From Terriglobia bacterium (GTDB taxonomy: Bacteria > Acidobacteriota > Polarisedimenticolia > Polarisedimenticolales > JAIQFR01): DNA of 64,000 bases. The stretch covers positions 192,001 to 256,000 of the forward strand of contig CAVVHE010000006.1 of the NCBI GenBank assembly GCA_963748015.1. Reading direction: 5' to 3'. The notes under the pieces were generated by a model. It was not told where the DNA came from and ran no database searches. It saw only the letters and a list, made by a program, of their open reading frames with translations. Positions 9,821-18,701 of this stretch are shown piece by piece (the first letter of the stretch is position 1; every line of letters starts with the position of its first letter). The translations under genes were made by a program, and so were the position numbers.

Positions 9821-11363
9821 TCAGATGACGCCCGCGCGGCGTAGCTTGACGAGCTGATCCAGGCCGACGTTCGTGAGCCCCTGGGCCTTCATGGCCCGTA
9901 CCCGGCCCGGCGTGATGTCGTTCTGTTGCACGGTGATCGCGTCCGCGACCCCGGCGCGGTCCATGCCGGCCTCGAGGAGCGCCTCGAAGGACGCCGCCCG
10001 GACGCCGTTCCGTCGCAGCTCGATGACCTCGTCCGCGGAGAAGGGACCGAAGCCGAGCCCCCGGATGCGGGCCATCTCGTCGCCCCTCGCGTCGTGCTCG
10101 CGGAGCCGGATGGCGTCCTCGAAGGTGAGGCGCGCGACGAGGCTGGAATTCACGATGCTCTCGACGAAATCCGGGCGTACTCCGCGCTGGTGCAGCCGGA
10201 TGAGCTGCTCGACGCTCGGCAGGCCGAGCCCGGCGGACCGCATGGCGCCGATGTACCGCGGCTCCACGCCGTTCGCCTTGAGCGCGATGATCTCGTCCAC
10301 GGACGCGTTCGTGAGCCCGGCCCCGGCGAGCCCCGCCAGGAACCCGCCACGCGCGGCCTCGATCTTCGTTTCCGCGGGCTCGGCCGACCGGCGCGGGGCG
10401 AGAGGCAAGGCGAGGGCGACGACGGCGGCGACGGCCACCAGCGCGACCGCCCATGCCGGGGGTGCGACGCGGAGCGCGCCCTCGCCGTTCGCGAGGCGCT
10501 GGATGCGCCGGAGCAACGATCCCCCGTTCGGCGGCGACCACCAGGGCGGCGCTCTCCGCGCGGAGCCCCTCGAGCGTCGCCAGCGCCTTCGCGTAGCGGA
10601 CGGCGTCGCCGCAGGCCTCGACCGCCAGATCGTCGCAGCAGTGCTCGCGCTCGATCCGGATCTGGGCGCTGATCCACCAGACCGCCGGGTGATAGAACAG
10701 CGCCGTCTCCACGGCGGTCTGCAGGAGGTTGACCAGATAGTCGTGCCGCCGGATGTGCGCGAGCTCGTGCGCGATCAGGAGCTCGACCTGCTCGGGCGTC
10801 AGAGAGGCGAGGGCACCGACGGGGAGGAGGACCACCGGCCGTAGCCATCCGATGGCCGAGGGGACCTCGGCCGCCGCGGAGTCGAGGAGCCGCACGGCGC
10901 GGCGAATGTCGAGCCGGGCGCACAACGCCGCCGCCGCCCGCTGGAGCGATGCCGCCGCCGGAGCGGTCCGCCACCGCTTCAGGCGCCAAGCGAGCGCCCA
11001 CCCGCCCAGCGATCGCGCCGCGAAGATCGTCACCCCGCACAGCCAGACTCCCACGAGCCACGAGAGCCAGCTCGATCCCCCCGGCCCGGAAACCGCCGAC
11101 GAAACCGAGCCGGATGCCGCGTTCCCCGGGACCGCCGCCACGACCGGGGCCGGGTGCGACGCGCTCGAAGCCGCCACGAGGAACGTCACCGCCGGCGCCA
11201 GGACCATCAGCGCCAGGGCGCCGCAGAAGATCGCGTAGCGCGTGCCGGGCCGCGCCCGGCGAAGCGCGGCGCCGGCGAGGCCGGCCAGAAGCGCGACAAG
11301 CGCGCCCTGCCAGACGAAGTGCACGAGAGCCCAGCCGAGGGCGACCGTTACGGCGTGGTTCAT
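9821..11363 (-). CDS. M56 (BlaR1/MecR1-like) membrane metallopeptidase with C-terminal helical repeats; apparent one-base frameshift near 10529
   Basis: GWALVHFVWQG, P..GWLRPVVLLP, HELAHIRRHD, FYHPAVWW, EREHCCD. Removing one base near 10529 gives LVVAA-NGGSLLRRIQRL and joins ORF 9821..10516. ATGA overlap with the repressor gene. Confidence 0.9.
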
Positions 11364-11737
11364 TTGCGTTTGCCTTCCATGGCGTCGAGGGTGCGGCGGA
11401 TCTCGGCGAGTTCCTCGGCGCTCGCTCGCTCGCTCGACAGGGCGTGCATGACCAGGCGAGACGCCGATCCGCCGAAGGCCCGGTCCACGAGGTCGCCGAC
11501 GAGCTGCGACTGCGCGTCCTCGCGGAGGACGCGGGCCTGGTAGACGTGGGCGCGCTGCCTGGCGTCGCGGCGGACCAGGTGCTTGTCCGTCATGATCTGC
11601 AGGAGCTTGAGCACGGTGGTGTAGCCGGTCGGCCTGTCCGCGTTCAGCCGCTCGAACACCTCGCGCACCGTCGAGGGGCCGCGCTCCCACAGCACCTGGA
11701 GGATCTCGAGCTCCGCGGGGGTCGGTCGTTTTCGCAT
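11360..11737 (-). CDS. BlaI/MecI/CopY family transcriptional repressor
   Basis: PTPAELEILQVLWERGPSTVREV...YTTVLKLLQIMTDKHLV...FGGS, 125 aa. Confidence 0.95.
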   Translation of the reverse strand: MRKRPTPAELEILQVLWERGPSTVREVFERLNADRPTGYTTVLKLLQIMTDKHLVRRDARQRAHVYQARVLREDAQSQLVGDLVDRAFGGSASRLVMHALSSERASAEELAEIRRTLDAMEGKRK

Positions 11738-11743
11738 GGCGCA

Positions 11744-11773
11744 ATTATGTACGAAGGCATTCGTAGATGTCAA
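11744..11773 (-). promoter_or_regulatory. Sigma70-type promoter with BlaI-type operator in the spacer
   Basis: Minus strand TTGACA-18 nt-CATAAT, ending 6 nt before the ATG. Perfect inverted repeat TACGAA-N4-TTCGTA at 11750-11765. Confidence 0.85.
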
Positions 11774-11814
11774 GGGGGGGCGAAACGCCGGCACGCGGCG
11801 GGGGGGACGGGGGA

Positions 11815-13635
11815 TCAAGGCTTGATCTTGGCTTCCAGCTCCGCCCACCGCGCGTAGAGGAGATCGACGGCCGCCTGCGCGGCCGCGAGCGCGTCGAGCC
11901 GCTCCGCGAGCGCCTTGTGATCGGAGGCCACGGCGGGATCCACCGCGGCCTTCTCGCATTGCGCGAGCTTCTCCTCGGAGGCCAGGATTCGCGGCTCCAT
12001 CTGCTCCCACTCGCGCTGCTCGAGGTATCCCAGCCGCCTGGGCTTCTCCATCGGGGGCGCGGCTTCCGCCGACCCCTTCGGGCGAGCCGCCGCCGTCTCG
12101 ATCGCGGCCTCCTCGGCCGTCTCGCGCCGGCCCAGCTCCCACTGCGCGTAGTCCGCGTAGGTTGTCGCGCCCCCGGCTCCGTCGAGGGCCAGGATGCGCG
12201 TCGAGACGCGGTCGAGCAGGTAGCGGTCGTGCGTGACGAGCACGAGAGCGCCTGGGAACTCGAGCAGGCTCTCCTCGAGCGCCTCGAGCGTCGGGATGTC
12301 GAGGTCGTTCGTGGGCTCGTCGAGCAACAGCAGGTCCGCCGGCTCCAGCATCAGCTTGGCGATCAGAACGCGCGCCTGCTCGCCGCCCGAGAGCCGGCCC
12401 ACAGGGGTGTCGATCTGCTCGGGGCGGAAAAGGAAGCGCTTGGCCCAGCCGGCCACGTGGATCTCGCGCCCCTGGCTGACGACCGAGTCGCCGGACGGGG
12501 CGAGCGTCCGCCGGAGCGAGGTTCCGGGGTCGAGCCGCGAGCGGTGCTGGTCGAACATCACGACCTTGAGGCCGGGCGCGCGCTCGAACGTCCCCGCGTC
12601 GGGCGAATCGAGACCCGCGAGAAGGCGCAGGAGCGTGGTCTTCCCGCTGCCGTTCGCTCCCAGCAGGCCCAGTCGCAAGCCCGGCGAGAGCACGAGGTCG
12701 AGATCGCGCACGACCGCTCGGGCGCCGAAGCGCTTCGTCAGCCCCCGGGCGGTCAGCAGGCGCTTGGTCTTGCGCTCGGTGCCTGCGAAGTCGATGCCGA
12801 CCGCGGCCGGGCGCGCGCGCGTGTCGAGATCGGCAAGCTCGTCCTGGAGCCGATGGGCCTCGTCGATGCGCGACTGGGATTTTCGCGTGCGGGCCTTCGC
12901 CTTGCGGGAGAGCCACTGCAGCTCGCCCCGGACGCGGTTGCGAAGGGAGTCCTGGTAGGAGGCCTGGCCGGCCAGAAGCTCGTCTTTCTCCTCGAGGTAC
13001 CGGCTGTAGCTTCCCTTCACGTCCAGCAGGCCGGAGGCGAACGCTCGATTCAGCTCGATCACTCGCCCGGTCGCGGCCTCCAGGAAGTAGCGGTCGTGAC
13101 TCACGGCCAGGAACGCCTCGGGGTCGCGCTGCAGCAGCTCCTCGAGCCACAGGATCCCCTCGAGGTCGAGATGATTGGTCGGCTCGTCGAGAAGGAGCAG
13201 GTCGGGCTCGCGGAGCAGCTCGCGGGCGATGATCAGCCGCTTCTTCCAGCCGCCGGAGAGCGTCGCGGCGGCTTGGGCGGGCTCGGCGAAGCCGGCCTTT
13301 CCCATCGCCACGGCGATGCGAGCCTCCGCCTCGCGCCCGTCGAGGCCAGCATCGCGCGCCGCCTCGCCCAGCACCGAGGCGACGGTGGCGCCCGGCGCGA
13401 CGGTCGGTTCCTGGGGGACATACCCGATCCTGAGGCGCTTTCGCGTGACGCGCGTGCCGGCGGAAGGCGGCTCGAGCCCGGCCAGGATCTTGAGGAGCGT
13501 CGACTTGCCCGAGCCGTTCGGCCCCACGAGCCCGATATGGTCGCCTTCGAAGACACCGAACGAGAGGTCCTCGAAGAGCGGCGCCGCTCCGAAGGACATC
13601 GTCAGGCCCTGACAGGACAGCAAGAGCTCGGGCAT
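11815..13635 (-). CDS. uup: ABC-F family ATPase, Uup-like
   Basis: Two NBDs (GPNGSGKS, LSGGW, DEPTNHLD; GANGSGKT, LSGGE, DEPTNDLD), no TM segments, and a C-terminal coiled coil ending LYARWAELE. Confidence 0.9.
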   Translation of the reverse strand: MPELLLSCQGLTMSFGAAPLFEDLSFGVFEGDHIGLVGPNGSGKSTLLKILAGLEPPSAGTRVTRKRLRIGYVPQEPTVAPGATVASVLGEAARDAGLDGREAEARIAVAMGKAGFAEPAQAAATLSGGWKKRLIIARELLREPDLLLLDEPTNHLDLEGILWLEELLQRDPEAFLAVSHDRYFLEAATGRVIELNRAFASGLLDVKGSYSRYLEEKDELLAGQASYQDSLRNRVRGELQWLSRKAKARTRKSQSRIDEAHRLQDELADLDTRARPAAVGIDFAGTERKTKRLLTARGLTKRFGARAVVRDLDLVLSPGLRLGLLGANGSGKTTLLRLLAGLDSPDAGTFERAPGLKVVMFDQHRSRLDPGTSLRRTLAPSGDSVVSQGREIHVAGWAKRFLFRPEQIDTPVGRLSGGEQARVLIAKLMLEPADLLLLDEPTNDLDIPTLEALEESLLEFPGALVLVTHDRYLLDRVSTRILALDGAGGATTYADYAQWELGRRETAEEAAIETAAARPKGSAEAAPPMEKPRRLGYLEQREWEQMEPRILASEEKLAQCEKAAVDPAVASDHKALAERLDALAAAQAAVDLLYARWAELEAKIKP

Positions 13636-13670
13636 CGGATTTTCGAGCCTACCACGGTCCCGGCGCCATG

Positions 13671-13700
13671 AAAAAAGGGGCGCCTCGCGAGAGGCGCCCC
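13671..13700 (-). terminator. Intrinsic terminator of the RRM gene
   Basis: 10-bp stem GGGGCGCCTC/GAGGCGCCCC with a 4-nt loop, followed by T6 on the minus strand. Confidence 0.9.
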
Positions 13701-13731
13701 GGTCGAGATCAAGCTCTGATGCGCGGAGGGG

Positions 13732-14061
13732 TCAGTAGCGACGGCCGCCGCCACCACCACCACCCCGACGATCGCCACCGAAGCCGCCGCCGCCACCGCC
13801 GCCGCCGGCGGTGCGCTCCTTCGCCTCGTTGACGGTCAGCGCACGGCCTCCGAAGTCGTGGCCGTTCAGGTCGCGGATCGCGCCATCGGCGTCCTGGCTG
13901 CTGCCCATCTCCACGAAGCCGAAGCCGCGCGGGCGGCCGGTGTCGCGGTCCGTCACGAGCTTGACCTCGCCGACCGCGCGACCGTTCTGGGAGAAGAGTT
14001 CGCGGATCTGAGTTTCGTCCGCGGAGAAGGGGAGGTTGCCGACGTAGAGTCTGGTACCCAT
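13732..14061 (-). CDS. RRM-domain RNA-binding protein with glycine-rich tail
   Basis: RNP2 LYVGNL, RNP1 RGFGFVEM, GG-rich C-terminus. Confidence 0.96.
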   Translation of the reverse strand: MGTRLYVGNLPFSADETQIRELFSQNGRAVGEVKLVTDRDTGRPRGFGFVEMGSSQDADGAIRDLNGHDFGGRALTVNEAKERTAGGGGGGGGFGGDRRGGGGGGGRRY

Positions 14062-14216
14062 GCTGGAACTCCTGACGTCCGAGTAGGACGTCGATGTCCG
14101 GTTCCGGCCGCCGACCCGATCCTACGGGTCAGAGACACGCGCGTCAGCGCGTTTTCAGCTTCGGCGCGTCAAGCTATCGTTTCTGTACGAGAGTTTGCCG
14201 ACCAGAACCTGCCGAC

Positions 14217-14245
14217 AAGGTACGCCATGGAACGGAGTCTGTCAA
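14217..14245 (-). promoter_or_regulatory. Sigma70-type promoter for the RRM gene, implying a ~150-nt leader
   Basis: Minus strand TTGACA (14240-14245), 17-nt spacer, TACCTT (14217-14222). Confidence 0.7.
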
Positions 14246-14260
14246 TACCGCCGCCGACTC

Positions 14261-14983
14261 CTATCCGAAGCTCTCCTCGATCGCGCCCCGGCGCTGGAGG
14301 AAAAGGGCGACGATCCAGCACGTGAGGGACCACGCCAGCCCGGCGGCCCACCCCGCGAGCACGTCGGTCGGGTAGTGGACGCCGAGGAAGATCCTGCTGA
14401 CACCGATGAGCGCGGTCAGGACGACGGCGACCGAAAGAACGTAGACGCGCATGCGCAGCGGCGAAACCTCCCTCGCGAGCAAGGCGCCGAGAGTCAGGTA
14501 GACCGTGGCGGCGAGCACCGAGTGGCCGCTGGGGAAGCTCAGCGACGACACGTGTTCGAGGTGCGGGACGATCGCGGGGCGCGGCCGGCCGAAGTAGGCC
14601 TTCAAGAGGGCGGTCAGCAGAGCACCCCCGAAGGTTGCGAAGACGGTCAGCCACATGGCGTGGCGCTTGTTCGACAGCCGCAGGAATCCGACCACGATCA
14701 TCGTGACCAGGAACAGGACGACGGTGCTGCCCAGGGCGCTGACACCGCGAGCGACCTCCGTCATCCACTCCGGCCCGATGGGGCGCGCGAGATCGGGGGC
14801 CTGCCTGAGGCTCGTCAGCACCCACTCGTCGATCTTCTGCGTGTCCCTCTCGGTCACCTCGTCCGCAATCGCGATGAAACAGAGTCCCGCGAAGACCGCG
14901 ACGAGCAGAGGCACCACGACCACGATCTCCTGGCCGAGCAGCTCCTTCACGAAGCGTACGAACCTGGCGGGCCGGCGGGTCAT
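14261..14983 (-). CDS. PAP2 family membrane phosphatase
   Basis: KAYFGRPRP, SFPSGH and SRIFLGVHYPTDV catalytic motifs; multiple TM helices. Confidence 0.93.
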   Translation of the reverse strand: MTRRPARFVRFVKELLGQEIVVVVPLLVAVFAGLCFIAIADEVTERDTQKIDEWVLTSLRQAPDLARPIGPEWMTEVARGVSALGSTVVLFLVTMIVVGFLRLSNKRHAMWLTVFATFGGALLTALLKAYFGRPRPAIVPHLEHVSSLSFPSGHSVLAATVYLTLGALLAREVSPLRMRVYVLSVAVVLTALIGVSRIFLGVHYPTDVLAGWAAGLAWSLTCWIVALFLQRRGAIEESFG

Positions 14984-15176
14984 CGAGTGCGCTCCTCGCG
15001 GGCTGAGATCGCGTCCGGCCCGAGATTGTACGACGAGGCCTCGGCCGGCCCCCCATCGGCCCCCCGCGGAAGCGTTGCCGCCACGATTCGGTCCGGCGGG
15101 TGAGGCGAACCAAGAGGACCGGGCGTACCCTGGAACCGCTCCCCGCCCGCCGGGCGGACGAACGAGGAGAAACAAG

Positions 15177-15593
15177 ATGCCGGCAAACAGAGATCTCGTC
15201 GCGAGGTGGGTCGCCCTGGGACCTCGGCTGCAGAGTCTGCTTCGGATCGTGGCCGCGTTCATGTTCATGCTCTCCGGCACGACGATCGTCTTCGCCGTTC
15301 CCGCCGGGATGCCCCCTGACGGCGGTACCGCCCCCCTGATGTCCCAGATCTGGATCGGAGGCGTTCTCGAGCTGGTCGGTGGCGCCCTGCTCCTCGTGGG
15401 GCTCTTCACCCGCCCCGTCGCCTTCCTCCTGGCCGGCGAGATGGCCGTGGCGTACTTCCAGTTCCACTTCCCCCAGGGCTTCTGGCCCAGCATGAACGGC
15501 GGGGTCGCCGCCGCGCTCTACTGTTTCGTCTGGCTCTACTTCTCCGCGGCCGGGGCGGGGCCGTGGAGCCTGGACGCGAGGCGGGAGAAGTAG
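15177..15593 (+). CDS. DoxX family membrane protein
   Basis: LLRIVAAFMF, ELVGGALLLVGLFTRPVAFLLAGEMAVAY, GAGPWSLD; GAGGAG RBS. Confidence 0.92.
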   Translation: MPANRDLVARWVALGPRLQSLLRIVAAFMFMLSGTTIVFAVPAGMPPDGGTAPLMSQIWIGGVLELVGGALLLVGLFTRPVAFLLAGEMAVAYFQFHFPQGFWPSMNGGVAAALYCFVWLYFSAAGAGPWSLDARREK

Positions 15594-15671
15594 CGTTCCT
15601 CCGTGTATGCTGGTCACGGGTCGTGACGGACGGGGCGGGGAAGCAACCCGCGACCGAGAGCAAGAGCGCTC

Positions 15672-17345
15672 ATGAAGATGGATGAGGGAACGCCTCGGCC
15701 GAGCCTGGGCCGCCGCGCAGCGGTAGCCGTCATCTTCGTCTCCATCGCCGTCAATCTGGTCCTGATCGGAAGAATGCTCTGGACGAAGGAGCGTGCCGTC
15801 GCGACGGTCGATGTCTCGCCGCAGGAGGCGGACGGGCTCGCGGGGGAGGTTCCTTCCTCGCTCCCGGTGGAATCGAGCGAGCGCGCGAGACTCCTAGGGG
15901 AGGGCGAGGAGGCGGCGCCCCGGCCACGGCCCCAAGGAGAGAATCCGGCCGCCGCGGGACCGGGGTACGGGCGGCGTGCCGACGAGACCGCTCGCCGGTA
16001 CGCGGCGACCGAAGGAATGGACGCGGGCACGCGGAGCGGGGAACGAGGCGAAGCGACGGGCTTCGCGGGGGACACGGGGCCCGCGGGTCGTCCCGCGTCG
16101 GCCGCGCCGGTCGTAGCGCCGCCATCTCGTCCGCAGGACGCAGCCCGTCCCGGCGGTTCCGGCCCGCCGGCCGGAAGCCCGGGAATCGCCTCCGTCGCCG
16201 CGCCGCCGGGCTCGACCCGATCGGCCGAAGACGCCGCGGCCACGGCGGTCAAGCCGGCCGTGGAATCCGACCCCGCCTCGGATCGCAGCCCGCCGGTGCT
16301 TCAAGCCCTGGTATTCGATCCGCCGGAGGTCGCGGACGGAGGCGTGACGACGCTGGTGGCGCAAGTGGGCGACGACCTGTCGGGCGTGAAGCTCGTCTGG
16401 GGCGTGCTCCGGAGCCCGAGCGGGGCCGCGAACCTGCAGTTCGGTCCCCAAGCCCTGGCCGACAACGGCCAGGCGGCTTTCAAGATCCCCATCGGCGCCG
16501 AGGCCGAGACGGGCGTGTGGTACGTCTCGACCCTCTCGCTGACCGACAAGGCGGGCAACACCGCGGTCCAGAGCTTCACGACGGCGACGGTCCCTCCGGG
16601 AGGCACGCTGCGGGTCGTTTCCGCGGAGTCGGACTCCACCCCGCCCGAGGTGACCCGGATCTGGGTGGAGAAGCCGTCGGTGGAAGGCGGGGAAACGAAC
16701 CGGGTCGAGATCGAAGCCCGGGACGATCGCTCGGGCGTCGCCTCGATCATGGGGTATTTCCGCAGTCCCGGGAAGGCAGCGCAGCTCTGGTTCAACTGCG
16801 CGCCGAAAGAGAGCGCGGACCCGTGCGTGGGAGAGCTACGCGTCCCCGCGACCGCGGACTGCGGGGAGTGGACGCTGCAGTTCGTGAAGTCCACGGACAA
16901 GGCCGGCAACGTCGCCTATCTGCCGCAGAACTCTCCGCTGATGGCGGGTGCCGCGTTCCAGGTCTCGGGTGGGACCGAATGCGATTCCAGCCCCCCCAGT
17001 CTCGATTCGCTCGCCCTCTCGTCGTCGGTCGTCTCGAACGAGGCCGCGAGCGAGATCCTGGTGACGGCGACGGTGAGCGACGTCGGGAGCGGGGCGATCT
17101 CGATGACGGGGTGGTTCGAAGGACCGGTCGCGACGAGCGGTCAGGCCCCCAGGAACTACTTCTCCTGCATCCCGGATCGCAACGATCCTTCGGCTCCCTG
17201 GACCGGGAAGATCGTGGTGCCGCAGTTCGCCGCCAAGGGCACGTGGAGGATCGGGCTGATCACCCTGCAGGACAAGGCTCGCAACATCCGGCAGTACACG
17301 TACACGGATCCCGCGGTCGCCGGAAGCGTCTTCCTGGTGCAGTGA
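15672..17345 (+). CDS. Membrane-anchored hypothetical protein with Pro/Ala linker and three Ig-like repeats
   Basis: N-terminal TM helix and low-complexity linker, then three ~120-aa units starting DxxPP and containing DDxSG and DKA(G/R)N-like motifs. Confidence 0.75.
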   Translation: MKMDEGTPRPSLGRRAAVAVIFVSIAVNLVLIGRMLWTKERAVATVDVSPQEADGLAGEVPSSLPVESSERARLLGEGEEAAPRPRPQGENPAAAGPGYGRRADETARRYAATEGMDAGTRSGERGEATGFAGDTGPAGRPASAAPVVAPPSRPQDAARPGGSGPPAGSPGIASVAAPPGSTRSAEDAAATAVKPAVESDPASDRSPPVLQALVFDPPEVADGGVTTLVAQVGDDLSGVKLVWGVLRSPSGAANLQFGPQALADNGQAAFKIPIGAEAETGVWYVSTLSLTDKAGNTAVQSFTTATVPPGGTLRVVSAESDSTPPEVTRIWVEKPSVEGGETNRVEIEARDDRSGVASIMGYFRSPGKAAQLWFNCAPKESADPCVGELRVPATADCGEWTLQFVKSTDKAGNVAYLPQNSPLMAGAAFQVSGGTECDSSPPSLDSLALSSSVVSNEAASEILVTATVSDVGSGAISMTGWFEGPVATSGQAPRNYFSCIPDRNDPSAPWTGKIVVPQFAAKGTWRIGLITLQDKARNIRQYTYTDPAVAGSVFLVQ

Positions 17346-17443
17346 GGGGAGTGTCGCGTCCGGCAGCCGCCGCTCGTGCGGCCCGACGGCGCCGCCGGCC
17401 GGTGCCGTGTACAATCGGAGTTTACCCCCGGAGGAATCTCGAC

Positions 17444-18637
17444 ATGAGCCGATACCGCTCCGTTCGCCTCTCGTGCGGACTCGCGACCATCCTCGGGCTT
17501 GCGGCGTGCGCGCTGATCTTGGGCGCGGTGGTCGACCTCGAGCCCGGAGCGTCGGCGCAGGCTCCGCCGGCCGCCGCTCCCGGAGCGGTGCCGCCGCCGC
17601 AGCGCACGGGGCCTCCTTCCAAGCCGCCGACGCACGACCAGAAGGCGGAGGAGTACTTCAAGAACATCAAGGTCCTGACCGGCGTCCCGGCGGACGAGGT
17701 GATCCCGGCGATGCAGTTCATGTCGGCTTCCCTCGGCGTCGACTGCGAGCACTGCCACGTCGAGCGCGCCAACGAGAAGGACGACAAGAAGGAGAAGGAG
17801 ACGGCGCGCAAGATGATCTCGATGGTGATGGCGGTCAACCGGGACAGCTTCGCGGGAAAGCGCGAGGTCACCTGCAACTCCTGCCATCGCGGCGCGGTGC
17901 GTCCCGCCGCGGCCCCCGCAGTCGCGGAATCAGCCTCGACGACGGCGCCGGAGCGGGGCGGCGCGGAGGCGAAGCCCGCCGACTTGCCCGCCGCAGATGC
18001 CGTCCTCGACAAGTACTTGCAGGCCGTCGGCGGAGCCGGGGCGCTCGAGAAGATCACGAGCCGCGTGCAGAAGGGGAAGATGGCCGGGTTCGGTCCCGCG
18101 GAGATGCCGGTCGAGGTGTACTCGGAGGCGCCCGACAGGCGGGTCTCGATCGTCCACACGCCGAGGGGCGACAGCATCACCGCCTACGACGGCAAGACCG
18201 GCTGGCTCGGCAGCGCGGGCCGTCCCCCGCGCGACATGTCGCCGGCCGAGAGCGAAGCCGCCCGGCTCGACGCGGACTTGCGGCTGCCGGCGCGCATCAA
18301 GCAGCTGTTCAAGGAGATCAAGATCGCGCCGCAGGAGAAGGTCGACGGCCGCGACGCCAACCATCTCGTAGGGATCAACGACGGGAAGCCGCCCGTCGAG
18401 TTCTGGTTCGACGCGCAGTCGGGGTTCCTGGTTCGAATGATGCGCTACTCGGAGACGCCGCTCGGCCGCAACCCGACGCGGATCGACTACGCCGACTACC
18501 GGGACGCGGACGGCGTCAAGATCCCGTTCCGGTGGGCCGTCTCCCGGCCGGGGAGCCGGTTCGAGATCTCGGTCGACGAGACGCGGCAGAACGTCCCGAT
18601 CGAGAAAACCCGGTTCGAGAAGCCTGCGTCGTCGTGA
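17444..18637 (+). CDS. Periplasmic diheme c-type cytochrome (PufC-family-like N-domain) fused to a LolA-like beta domain
   Basis: Signal peptide, KNIKVL..M..MS.SLGVDCEHCH, ARKMISM, VTCNSCHRG; C-terminal YADYRDADGVKIPF. Confidence 0.85.
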   Translation: MSRYRSVRLSCGLATILGLAACALILGAVVDLEPGASAQAPPAAAPGAVPPPQRTGPPSKPPTHDQKAEEYFKNIKVLTGVPADEVIPAMQFMSASLGVDCEHCHVERANEKDDKKEKETARKMISMVMAVNRDSFAGKREVTCNSCHRGAVRPAAAPAVAESASTTAPERGGAEAKPADLPAADAVLDKYLQAVGGAGALEKITSRVQKGKMAGFGPAEMPVEVYSEAPDRRVSIVHTPRGDSITAYDGKTGWLGSAGRPPRDMSPAESEAARLDADLRLPARIKQLFKEIKIAPQEKVDGRDANHLVGINDGKPPVEFWFDAQSGFLVRMMRYSETPLGRNPTRIDYADYRDADGVKIPFRWAVSRPGSRFEISVDETRQNVPIEKTRFEKPASS

Positions 18638-18701
18638 CGGGAGTATCGGCTCGGCGACTTGCCCGGTAGTACGCCGCTATAATGACCCGGTTGAGGCGGA
18701 G

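Noticed and set aside
9821..11737. Beta-lactam resistance locus
   Set aside because: No penicillin-binding sensor domain and no beta-lactamase or PBP2a gene nearby.
9027..11744. 905-aa ORF as an M56 fusion protein
   Set aside because: Artefact of the frameshift near 10529 linking the M56 N-half to the separate gene at 9809, which has its own RBS and signal peptide.
17444..18637. Evidence of phototrophy from the PufC-like cytochrome
   Set aside because: Only two haem motifs, and no puf, psc or bch genes in the window.
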